This document shows, one piece after another, positions 49,788-58,309 of a stretch of 64,000 bases of DNA. The notes beneath the pieces were generated by a model. The model saw nothing but the letters and a program-made list of their open reading frames with translations, searched no databases and was not told where the DNA came from. Location of the stretch: NCBI GenBank assembly GCA_963695895.1, contig CAVOIK010000011.1:34561-98560 (forward strand), read 5' to 3'. Position 1 is the first letter of the stretch; each line of letters opens with the position of its first letter. The position numbers and the translations under genes were made by a program. This stretch comes from an uncultured delta proteobacterium. GTDB taxonomy: Bacteria > Desulfobacterota > BSN033 > UBA1163.

Positions 49788-50693
49788 CTATCGAATAAGT
49801 TTCCCCGCAATTCTCACGGGAACGATCATCAAGAAGAAAGGTAATATGTAGACTGCAGCGAGTGTGGGAGCGAGAGGCCCGAAGAACTGTGATGAAAAGA
49901 CGATAATCAAGATATTGTTCATGCACGCGAACGAAACAGCCCCGGCCAAGCGGTCCTCTTTCCTTTTGCTCAAGGTCACGACGAATCCAATGACGTGCAG
50001 GATGGCAGATAGAACGAAAGCAACGACGATAGCTCCTATAATCGCCGCAGGTCTTTCCGTGAAATAGGAGGAGTATTTCGGAAAAACCCCCAGGTTGACG
50101 CAGGCGAAGATGACCAGTGAGACCGGGAATTGTATGGTCTCCAGTCTTCTTAGAAAGGAAGGGACCCATTGACGAAGCAAGGTGGCGAAGAACGCAGGCA
50201 CAAAGATCACCATGATGAGGACTCTCACCATCGACAAGAACGAAATCTCGATGGTCGTGCCGAGGAGGAGTTTGACAAGGGCAGGGAGTGATAAAGGAGC
50301 CAAGAGAGAGCTGATGACAACCATCATCAAGGCCAACAGTGTAGAGGCATTCAGAAGGCCTGAGATAAAGGGGGCGAGCACGCCAGTCGAAATTCCGGAC
50401 ATGAGAAGTATGGGAAGGGCGTATTCGGGCAAAAGGGCCTGGGCAATGAAAAAGAGAACGACTGGGACGATCAGTAGTTTACACATACACAAGATCAAAA
50501 GCGTGGAAGCCGTCTCGCCTGCATGGTGGATCACCTCAGAAAACTCGATCTTTAGGAAATTGAAAAAGAGCAGAATCATGAGCATGTAGAAAGGATAAGG
50601 AGAAAAGATTTTGCCCACGGCTGGGAATCCAATACCGGCTCCCATCGAGGCGAAGATGACCAGCAGGAGCATGAGGTCATTTTTTCTGAACAC
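49788..50693 (-). CDS. Bile acid:sodium symporter (BASS) family transporter
   Basis: 301 aa with about 9-10 transmembrane segments and a general BASS-like pattern. Confidence 0.6.
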   Translation of the reverse strand: MFRKNDLMLLLVIFASMGAGIGFPAVGKIFSPYPFYMLMILLFFNFLKIEFSEVIHHAGETASTLLILCMCKLLIVPVVLFFIAQALLPEYALPILLMSGISTGVLAPFISGLLNASTLLALMMVVISSLLAPLSLPALVKLLLGTTIEISFLSMVRVLIMVIFVPAFFATLLRQWVPSFLRRLETIQFPVSLVIFACVNLGVFPKYSSYFTERPAAIIGAIVVAFVLSAILHVIGFVVTLSKRKEDRLAGAVSFACMNNILIIVFSSQFFGPLAPTLAAVYILPFFLMIVPVRIAGKLIR

Positions 50694-50867
50694 GATGAAT
50701 TCACCTCGGAAAGATGTCGAAACAAGGGATAGAATAGTTCATTACTTTTGAATCCTTCGCTTCAGTCTGGTTCCATAGTTCTGGTCACGAACAACGGACC
50801 CGCTCCTGCTTATGAACTTAAGGACAATAAAAGCTTTAGCAAAACTCATATTCCGAGTGTTTCTCCT

Positions 50868-51257
50868 TCACGGGCACAGAATGCTGTGAAGAGGCTCCGG
50901 AACCGTTTTTTGAAAGATGCCTAACCAGTTTGGGTTATCGTAATAGTCATCACGGGTCTTGATACGATCGGCTTCCTCATATTCAACGACATCCAAAACC
51001 CGATAATTTTTTTCCTTGCAATCGATTTCTATTAAACTGGTTTCGCGCTTGGTTGCGTTGTTAATCCACACCCTGAAAAAGTCCTTCGATGGGGAGGTAA
51101 CACTTTCCTTGTCGTAGTAGAAGATCCCTGTACTCGCCTCGGCAAATTCTCTCCAATCTGCGCCCCATGCTTTCGCACAACAGACTGTAAGTCCGATAAC
51201 TATAAAGACCATTCCCAGCTTAGATAATGAAAGTCTCATTTGATTTAACCTCCTCAT
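50868..51257 (-). CDS. Secreted hypothetical protein (surface-adhesin-E-like pattern)
   Basis: It has a signal peptide. The WREFAE...IFYYDKESV...FRVWIN pattern resembles the adhesin-E/DUF family. Confidence 0.4.
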   Translation of the reverse strand: MRRLNQMRLSLSKLGMVFIVIGLTVCCAKAWGADWREFAEASTGIFYYDKESVTSPSKDFFRVWINNATKRETSLIEIDCKEKNYRVLDVVEYEEADRIKTRDDYYDNPNWLGIFQKTVPEPLHSILCP

Positions 51258-51288
51258 TTAGTTCTGTCTTGACCGGGACAGCTTGGAT

Positions 51289-51633
51289 CTAACGGATCTT
51301 TAGGCTTGGAGAACCATGGTCCTGGCATCCCAAGAAATTTAGCAGAGCGGTAATATAGTTTCCCCAAGTCGGGACCAACTTCTCGATCTCATTTGGCAAA
51401 AGGGCAATTTGTCCTTTCTGGATTTTTTCATGCACCTTTTGTAATCTTTGGAAGCTCAACGGCCATGATATTTTTCCTGTCTGCACACAAATCAGATATA
51501 TGGTTTTTGTTTTGCCATCGTAATCCAAAATCCTTAGCTTTCGGGTGCCATCTGCCGTCCAGAACTCGACTTGCTCTTCTTTCATTTTCACCAATTGTTC
51601 CCAGCTGAATAAACAAGACACAGACATTTCCAT
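51289..51633 (-). CDS. Hypothetical protein
   Basis: An open frame of 114 aa with no family I recognise. Confidence 0.35.
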   Translation of the reverse strand: MEMSVSCLFSWEQLVKMKEEQVEFWTADGTRKLRILDYDGKTKTIYLICVQTGKISWPLSFQRLQKVHEKIQKGQIALLPNEIEKLVPTWGNYITALLNFLGCQDHGSPSLKIR

Positions 51634-51862
51634 TCCTTCCGATCAGGGTAGGTTGTTAAAGAATACTCTGTCCAGAGGCAGATTTCAATTAAATCGGAGC
51701 CAATAAAACGATGGCTTCCAGGGTTGCGCATCCAAAAAGCTGACGGGCAGGTTGGCTTGATCCTCGTCCTTAGACGGAGAGAAATGCCGACCCAGTAATG
51801 ATACCCACATTACCCGGGAGCCCTCGCCAGAGATATGAACAGGAAAGAGAGGAGAGTTTACC

Positions 51863-52140
51863 GTGAGGAAATTGAGAAAGCTGCCAAAATTCAAGAACGA
51901 GAAGGAAGAATTTAAGTTCTGGTCAACCCATGACTCCACAGGATATGTGGATTATTCGAAGGCCAAAAGGGTGGTGTTAGCGAACCTGAAGCCTTCGACC
52001 AGGGCGATCTCCATCAGGCTACCGGAGTCCCTTATCACGCATAAAAAGTGTTGGCCAATAAGCGAGATATTCCCTATCAGTCTCTGTTGAAAATGTATTT
52101 GATAGAGAAGGTAGAAGAAGAGTTCCGCGAGGCGAGATAA
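51863..52140 (+). CDS. brnA: BrnA-like antitoxin (CopG/RHH C-terminus), indel in an A5 run near 52037
   Basis: KFKNEKEEFKFWSTHDSTGYVDYSKAKRVVLANLKPSTRAISIRLPESL, then in the other frame KVLANKRDIPYQSLLKMYLIEKVEEE. Confidence 0.65.
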
Positions 52141-52150
52141 ATTAGCAAGT

Positions 52151-52240
52151 CAAAGGCCTATCTTCCCCATTATTCATATTATTGGATTGCCAGGATCTGG
52201 AAAGACTACTTTGGCTGGGCAACTGTCTCTTTGCGGTTTG
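52151..52240 (+). pseudogene. P-loop NTPase gene fragment truncated by the junction repeats
   Basis: It encodes PIIHIIGLPGSGKTTLAGQLS (Walker A) and then runs straight into heptamer repeats. No ATG start is present. Confidence 0.5.
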
Positions 52241-52463
52241 TTAATTCTCGTGCGTTTTTTGGGCTTTGCCCTATGCTCTGCGCGCCATGCTCTATGCCTG
52301 CCTGCCGGTAGGCAGGCGCTCTGCGACTTTCAGTTTTTGGGGTTTACTCTATGCCCTATGCGCCATGCTCCGTGCTCTATGCGGTTTATTGGTTGACCCC
52401 CCTTGCGACTTACGACTCGCGCCTTGCGGTTTTTATACCCTTGCGCCTGACGCCTTACGGAAT

Positions 52464-52510
52464 TTGACGGGCGGTTCATATTGATGTATTATTTACAACA
52501 TATGATGTAA
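52464..52510 (+). promoter_or_regulatory. Promoter plus near-palindromic operator upstream of the wHTH-nucleotidyltransferase gene
   Basis: TTGACG, 17 nt, then TATTAT (52487-52492). Immediately after comes ttacaacatatgatgtaa, palindromic at 16 of 18 positions, at 52493-52510. Confidence 0.5.
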
Positions 52511-52536
52511 AATACACAACAAATAGGTCCCCGCAC

Positions 52537-53100
52537 ATGTCCATGATCCTAAATACAAGATTGAGAAGAAAGTTGCTAACCTATTCCTTCACACACCCTG
52601 ATGAAGACTACTATGTGAGGGAGCTTTCCAGTCTTATCGATGAGGACGCGGGCAATCTTTCAAGAGAATTGCGCAAGTTAGAAGAAGAGGGGCTCTTCGC
52701 CTCCTTTATAAGAGGGCGGGCGAAGTTCTATTCCCTTAATAAACAGTATCCGCTGTTTAAAGAGATCAAGAAGATCGTGTTTAAAACAGAAGGGGTGGAA
52801 GGCAGCCTGAAGGAGGTTATGGCTAAATATAGAGGAATTTCTTTTGCAGTCATCTATGGTTCATACGCTAAAAACAAGGAGACCAAGACTTCCGACATTG
52901 ATGTCCTCGCAGTCGGCGAGTTCCCAGTGAATGCGTTTACCCGGGATATCCGAAACCTGGAATCGAAATTAAGCAGAGAAATAAATTTTACCTCTTACAC
53001 TCGTGAGGAGTTTGAAAAAGAAAGAATGAAGGAGGGAGGATTCCTCAACCAGGTCCTTAAAGAGAAAGTCCACGTACTGAAGGGGAAATTGGGTGTTTGA
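52537..53100 (+). CDS. Winged-HTH fused to a minimal nucleotidyltransferase (MNT-type antitoxin-like)
   Basis: An ArsR-like N-terminus (YVRELSSLIDEDAGNLSRELRKLEEEGL) is followed by the NTase motif IYGSYAKNKETKTSDIDVLAV. Confidence 0.75.
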   Translation: MSMILNTRLRRKLLTYSFTHPDEDYYVRELSSLIDEDAGNLSRELRKLEEEGLFASFIRGRAKFYSLNKQYPLFKEIKKIVFKTEGVEGSLKEVMAKYRGISFAVIYGSYAKNKETKTSDIDVLAVGEFPVNAFTRDIRNLESKLSREINFTSYTREEFEKERMKEGGFLNQVLKEKVHVLKGKLGV

Positions 53101-53569
53101 GAAGCTGACAAAGAGATTTGAAAGAGAAGGAAAAATCAAAAAACAAAAGGCAGGGCTGGTGCAGGTGGAGGCTTTGCTGAAAGAAGCCGTCCTGGATCTT
53201 GAAGAAGCTAAACGAATTTCATCTGTCGCCGAAAGGGCAACCTATCTGCTGGCATACAACGGGATGCTCAAGGCAGGAAGGGCCCTCCTTCTTCTAAAGG
53301 GGTATGTTCCGGATGACGGGGCGCAACACAAAACCGTAGTGGAGATGACTGCTGCGATATTGGGAGCGAAATACAGGAGCCTAACCGAGCAATTTGAGAC
53401 GATGCGCAGGAAGCGAAATGATTTGACTTATGAAGCCGGGACGCTTCTCTCAAAATCCGAGGCCCAGAGGGCTTTCTTGGATTCAATTGAGTTGGTCAAA
53501 AGGATACTGACTGAGGTTAAGGCCCAGAATCCGCAGCTGGACTTGAAACTCGATTTGAAGGAAAGGTAG
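53093..53569 (+). CDS. HEPN domain protein (partner of the nucleotidyltransferase)
   Basis: 158 aa and helical, with a RRKRNDLTY region. It overlaps the upstream gene by 8 nt. Confidence 0.7.
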   Translation: MFEKLTKRFEREGKIKKQKAGLVQVEALLKEAVLDLEEAKRISSVAERATYLLAYNGMLKAGRALLLLKGYVPDDGAQHKTVVEMTAAILGAKYRSLTEQFETMRRKRNDLTYEAGTLLSKSEAQRAFLDSIELVKRILTEVKAQNPQLDLKLDLKER

Positions 53570-53946
53570 AACGCCTCGTCGACGGTTACCGATTGTGGGA
53601 TTTACTCTATGCCCTGTGCGCCATGCGCCATGCGCTTCGTAAGGGAGGGGAGTGACAGGGTTTTTGAAGGAGTCAAACATGAGAAGAATGACATAAGAAG
53701 ATTTGACCCCGGCTGTATACACTTGAGGTTCCATTTTGGCACCTCAAGCTGGATTCCTGAGCACATTGAAATTTCGGTTTGCATGACAGAGATTTCATGG
53801 TGCGTGACTTTTGTGATGAAGAGAATAACTGATTTCGATGACTATGGACCCCTTACTCCTTGCGCCTAACGCCTAACAGATGTGAGGGTGACCCAACGAA
53901 AGCAATAATGTCATGAACGTACCCAAGACCTTCGGAGGATGCGATT

Positions 53947-55230
53947 ATGGAGCAAGGAACAATTACCTGCCCGAAGTGTGGGCATCAGTTTGAAATCTCG
54001 GACGCCCTGACTAGACAGATCCGGGAACACCTCAAGAGCGAACTGCAGCAAGAGATAATCGGCCGAGAGAAGGACCTGAAAAAGAAACTCGATGCTTTCA
54101 AGGCCGAGAAGGAAGCCCTCAACAAAGATAGGGAGGCAATGGAGGAGGAGGTCGAGAGAAAGTTGAAGCAAAAGCTGGAGGAGGCGGAGGCCAAGGTTGC
54201 GAAAAAGGTGGAAGGCAAGTTCGCCGACCAGCTGAAGGAGCTTCAGGAGGCGCTCAATGAGCGCGAGATTTCGATAAAGACCTTCCGCGAAAATGAATTA
54301 GAGCTTCGCAAGAAGCAACGGGAATTAGAGAAGGCGAAGGAAGATGCCGAACTGGAGATCGTCCGAAAACTTGACGAGGAACGCGCAAAAATCCGTCTTG
54401 ATGCAGAGAATAAAGTTTTCGAGCAACACCGGCTGAAAGACTTGGAGAAAGAAAAGGTCATCAGCGACCTGAAGTCGGCGCTGGATGATATGAGGCGTAA
54501 GGCTGAACAGGGCTCCATGGAAACACAAGGAGAGGTGCTGGAGCAGGATTTCGAGGCACAGTTAAAACGATTCTTCCCACACGATGAAATTCAGCCGGTG
54601 CCCAAGGGGATTCGCGGAGCTGATCTGATCCAGGGCGTCCGGACTCCTTTTGGCGCGAAATGTGGGGTCATGCTCTGGGAAACCAAGAACACCAAGGCCT
54701 GGAGTACCGGGTGGATCCCCAAGTTAAAGGACGATATGATCGCGACGAGGGCATCAATTGCGATCATGGTCTCGGTGGCATTACCCGACGAAGTGAGTCG
54801 CTTCGGGATGGTTGACGGGGTGTGGGTCTCCGACCCATTGTCGGCCATACCTTTGGCTGCTGCCCTGCGACAGCAGTTGATCGCCCTCGATTGCGAACGC
54901 CAGGCTTCAGTCGGCAAGAATGAAAAAATGGAGCTACTATACCAGTACCTCTCCGGCACGGATTTCAAACAGAAGATAGAGGGTATCGTTGAGGCCTTCA
55001 CAGCCATGCAGGACCAGGTCAACAGAGAGCGCCGTGCGATGGAAAAGCAATGGAAAGAAAGGGAAAAACAAATCGAGCGAGTCGTTAAGAACACGGTCGG
55101 TCTCTATGGCGATATGCAGGGCATCATCGGCGGACAAATTCCACACATTCCAATGCTGGAACTGGATGGCCACGCGGTCAGAGCATTGCCTGCAGGCTCA
55201 GAGGCTGAATCTGCTGAGGAGGAGGTTTAA
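53947..55230 (+). CDS. DUF2130 protein (N-terminal zinc ribbon, long coiled coil, C-terminal nuclease-like domain)
   Basis: ITCPKCGHQF zinc ribbon, about 170 aa of E/K-rich coiled coil, then GEVLEQDFE...GADLIQ...MLWETKNTK. Confidence 0.75.
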   Translation: MEQGTITCPKCGHQFEISDALTRQIREHLKSELQQEIIGREKDLKKKLDAFKAEKEALNKDREAMEEEVERKLKQKLEEAEAKVAKKVEGKFADQLKELQEALNEREISIKTFRENELELRKKQRELEKAKEDAELEIVRKLDEERAKIRLDAENKVFEQHRLKDLEKEKVISDLKSALDDMRRKAEQGSMETQGEVLEQDFEAQLKRFFPHDEIQPVPKGIRGADLIQGVRTPFGAKCGVMLWETKNTKAWSTGWIPKLKDDMIATRASIAIMVSVALPDEVSRFGMVDGVWVSDPLSAIPLAAALRQQLIALDCERQASVGKNEKMELLYQYLSGTDFKQKIEGIVEAFTAMQDQVNRERRAMEKQWKEREKQIERVVKNTVGLYGDMQGIIGGQIPHIPMLELDGHAVRALPAGSEAESAEEEV

Positions 55231-55358
55231 CCTTGCTCCTTGCGCCTCACTCCTTACGAAGGGATAGGTGACCCGACGAAAGTAATAATGTCATGAACGT
55301 ACCAAAGACTACTTTCCCTTGGCATCCCTAGAGTGCAGGGTTTATGAAGAAATAAGCC

Positions 55359-55419
55359 TTGACAAAAGGATACACCCTATATAAGGTGTAAAGCATAAAT
55401 ACACCCTATTTTAGGTGTA
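55359..55419 (+). promoter_or_regulatory. Promoter with two copies of the TACACC-N8-GGTGTA palindrome upstream of satD
   Basis: TTGACA at 55359. The palindromes are tacaccctatataaggtgta (55371-55390) and tacaccctattttaggtgta (55400-55419). Confidence 0.55.
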
Positions 55420-55440
55420 ACTAATGGAGGCAGGAATACG

Positions 55441-56149
55441 ATGGGAAAAATCGTGGCAGCTGTGACATGCGACATCGTGAGATCGCAGAGATATTCAACG
55501 GAACTGAGGAAGAGAATTGACACCCTCCTGAAGAAAGAATTCGCCAAAGTGTACAAAGCCTACCCAAACGCTATTCACACGCCTACCTCTTTTAATATTA
55601 CTGTAGGTGACGAATTCCAGTTCGTCTTGTCGAAAGTTGAGAAGGCCTATGAGTTAACGATTTTCTACCGTGCGCTGGTTGCCCTCGCCGATATTACTCC
55701 GATGATCAGCTTCCGTTCGTCGATTGGGATCGGTGAGATCGCTGTCGAAAACAAGAAGGATTCCTATTCCCAGGATGGTAAGGCATTCCATCGTTCTAGA
55801 GAGGGCATCAATTTCTTCCGGAATCAGAAATATCAGAGGGAGGAGACGTACCAAAATCGTAACCGGAGACAGGGCCCTCGACGAGACCTTGGATCTCATT
55901 CTCATGTACCAGGATCTCCTGGAAGAAAAGTGGACTCGTGCGCAATGGGAGGCCATTCGCTGGCGACTGATGTTACCGACCTATGAGGAGATCGCCCGCA
56001 AGTTAGGGGTTGCTTATCAAAACGTCCAGAAACGACTGAAGGCAGCCAACTGGGATGAGTTTAGCAAGGGGATTGAATTTATTGAGAAGGTTTTGACGTC
56101 ACACCTTCAAAAGGGTGTAAGCGGCAATCTCACCCCTAAAAGGGTGTAA
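55441..56149 (+). CDS. SatD-family protein with a C-terminal HTH, indel near 55840
   Basis: AAVTCDIVRSQRY...ITVGDEFQF...SIGIGEI. In the second frame: WTRAQWEAIRWRLMLPTYEEIARKLGVAYQNVQKRL. Confidence 0.65.
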
Positions 56150-56163
56150 GGGGGATTGAGACA

Positions 56164-56886
56164 ATGATCTTTTGGAAAATTCTCCTTGCCCATGCGCTAA
56201 CCGATTTTGTCTTCCAGCCTGACTCTTTGGCCGAAAACAAAGGCAAAATAACGGTACTTTTAGTTCACACGCTTATCTTTTTTCTCCTTTCTGTTGTCAT
56301 CCTTTTGCCGAACCTTTCTTATCAGACGGTAACCGCTCTTGTATGCCTTGCACTCTTTCATGGGTTCATTGACTATCTTAAAAATCTGATCCAAAAAGGC
56401 ACTGCAAGAAGTCATTGGCTCTATTTTCTCGGGGATCAGGCACTTCATGTGTTGGGAATTGGAGTCGTCGTATTCTTTCTGGATAGGGAACGCTTTCATG
56501 CATGGATCAATCTCTTGTCGACTTATTGGTCAAAACCTTCTCTATTTCTATTTGTCTCCCTCTTTGTCGTGATTGTATTTGGAGGGGGTTTTTTTACCGG
56601 GGTCCTCTGTAGAGGGTTCCTGGGACGATTGAACTCGGAGAAGAGACCAGGGATTGAAAGGGCAGGGAGGTATATTGGAATCCTGGAAAGAAGTCTGGTT
56701 CTGACAGCTGTGCTCTTTGGCAAGATGGAATTTATCGGATATATCTTTGCGGCCAAATCGATTGCTCGTTATCCGGAGATGAAAGAAGGGACTCATTTCG
56801 CAGAATATTATTTGATCGGAACCTTAACCAGCATCTCCATCGCTTTTTTCGGAGGTCTACTCTTGAAGTATCTATTAGGATGGTAA
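56164..56886 (+). CDS. DUF3307 membrane protein (usual partner of SatD)
   Basis: LLAHALTDFVFQPD N-terminus with multiple transmembrane segments. Confidence 0.7.
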   Translation: MIFWKILLAHALTDFVFQPDSLAENKGKITVLLVHTLIFFLLSVVILLPNLSYQTVTALVCLALFHGFIDYLKNLIQKGTARSHWLYFLGDQALHVLGIGVVVFFLDRERFHAWINLLSTYWSKPSLFLFVSLFVVIVFGGGFFTGVLCRGFLGRLNSEKRPGIERAGRYIGILERSLVLTAVLFGKMEFIGYIFAAKSIARYPEMKEGTHFAEYYLIGTLTSISIAFFGGLLLKYLLGW

Positions 56887-57173
56887 TGGGCTTTTTGTTT
56901 TGGCGCCTGACGACTTACGTTTTACTCCTTGCGCCTCGCGCCTTGCGATTTCAACTTTTGGGGTTCACTCTATGTCCTATGCCTGCCCGCCGTAGGCGGG
57001 CGCTACCTGCCTGCTTGCAGGTCCGAAGCAGAGGAAACTGCGTAGGAGGATGCGCTGTGCGATTTCAGTTTTTGGGGTTCACTCTATGCCCTATGCGCTA
57101 TGCTCTTTGCGTCTTTTGCTTGTGCCCCTTGCGACTTACGACTCGCGCCTAACGGTACTTGTTGGAGGTGGCC

Positions 57174-57353
57174 ATGCCAGCAATTGCATCTCTTGAAGAC
57201 CTAAAAGCTGCGCAGAAAGATCTCTTGGAAGCGAAGGATCTGGATGAGTTGAAAGGTGCGTTCAAAAAATGCCGTCGAATCGGCTGGAAAAATGTGTGTA
57301 AGTTGTGGCTGGAAGAGCGTACACCAGAGCAATTGAAGGGTGAAAGCGGATAA
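57174..57353 (+). CDS. 59-aa repeated ORF, copy 1 (family unknown)
   Basis: MPAIASLEDLKAAQKDLLEAKDLDELKGAFKKCRRIGWKNVCKLWLEERTPEQLKGESG, with a ggaggtg RBS 4 nt upstream. Confidence 0.6.
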   Translation: MPAIASLEDLKAAQKDLLEAKDLDELKGAFKKCRRIGWKNVCKLWLEERTPEQLKGESG

Positions 57354-57508
57354 TTATTTATTGCTTTGCGGGGTAGGGTATGTGTGTTTTTTGGTTTCAA
57401 CTCCTTACTCCTTACACCTCACTCCTTACGTCTTTTGAAGGGGAGGGCGAGTAAATAGTGTAGGCCTGACACCCTAGTCACTATTCAACTAAACAGGAGG
57501 TAAGAAAT

Positions 57509-57853
57509 ATGAAGAGAGAGATTAAGGTCGAAAAACTTGATACAACTAAGGAGAAGGTTCTTTATGATAATTGTGTGATTAGCAAGAGAATTATTACTAA
57601 AGCAAGAAGTGGTTCAGAAAAGATGTCGTTTCATCATACCTTTATCAAGAAGGGTTGGGAACACCCGGTTTCATATCCTGAGATGGACGAAATTATCTAT
57701 TTCTTAGATGGCAGAGCAAAGATCTCATATGATGGGAAAGAAGTTGAAGTATCATCAGGGTTCTGCGTGTATATTCCTGCAGGTTGTGAATACAACTACC
57801 GGGCTCTTGACGATGCAACGATGGTTTGCGTTTTTTCACCGCCGGCAGAGTAA
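57509..57853 (+). CDS. Cupin domain protein
   Basis: 114 aa. The HHTF...EIIYFLDGRAKISYDGKEVEVSSGFCVYIPAGCEYNY pattern is cupin-like, and an aggagg RBS is present. Confidence 0.7.
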   Translation: MKREIKVEKLDTTKEKVLYDNCVISKRIITKARSGSEKMSFHHTFIKKGWEHPVSYPEMDEIIYFLDGRAKISYDGKEVEVSSGFCVYIPAGCEYNYRALDDATMVCVFSPPAE

Positions 57854-57980
57854 AGAAAAGAAGCAATGGGGGTCGGCTCTTGGGAAGGGACACATGGGGT
57901 AGGAGGATGCTCTTTGCGTTTTTTGCTTGCGCCCCTTGCGACTTACGACTCGCGCCTAACGGTACTTGTTGGAGGTGGCC

Positions 57981-58160
57981 ATGCCAGCAATTGCATCTCT
58001 TGAAGACCTAAAGACAGCACAGAAAGATCTCTTGGAAGCGAAGGATCTGGATGAGTTGAAGGGTGCGTTCAAGAAATGGCGTCGAATCGGCTGGAAAAAT
58101 GTGTGTAAATTGTGGCTCCAAGAGCGTACCCCAGAACAATTGAAGGGGGAAGGAGGGTAA
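57981..58160 (+). CDS. 59-aa repeated ORF, copy 2
   Basis: It differs from copy 1 at 4 of 59 residues and has an identical RBS and leader. Confidence 0.6.
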   Translation: MPAIASLEDLKTAQKDLLEAKDLDELKGAFKKWRRIGWKNVCKLWLQERTPEQLKGEGG

Positions 58161-58260
58161 AGTGGGCACGTTGGTCGCAATGATCCTAATTCACGGTTCA
58201 GGCCCCGACCCCCTTGCGTCCTTCAAGTTATAATTTCATGAACGTCCCAGAGGCCTACTA

Positions 58261-58296
58261 TTGACAAAGGAAACAATTTAGTTATAAATTGTTTCC
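58261..58296 (+). promoter_or_regulatory. Promoter overlapped by a perfect 11-bp inverted repeat, upstream of the ATPase gene
   Basis: TTGACA, 16 nt, then TATAAA. The inverted repeat is ggaaacaattt (58269-58279) and aaattgtttcc (58286-58296). Confidence 0.55.
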
Positions 58297-58309
58297 TGAG
58301 GTAAACACC

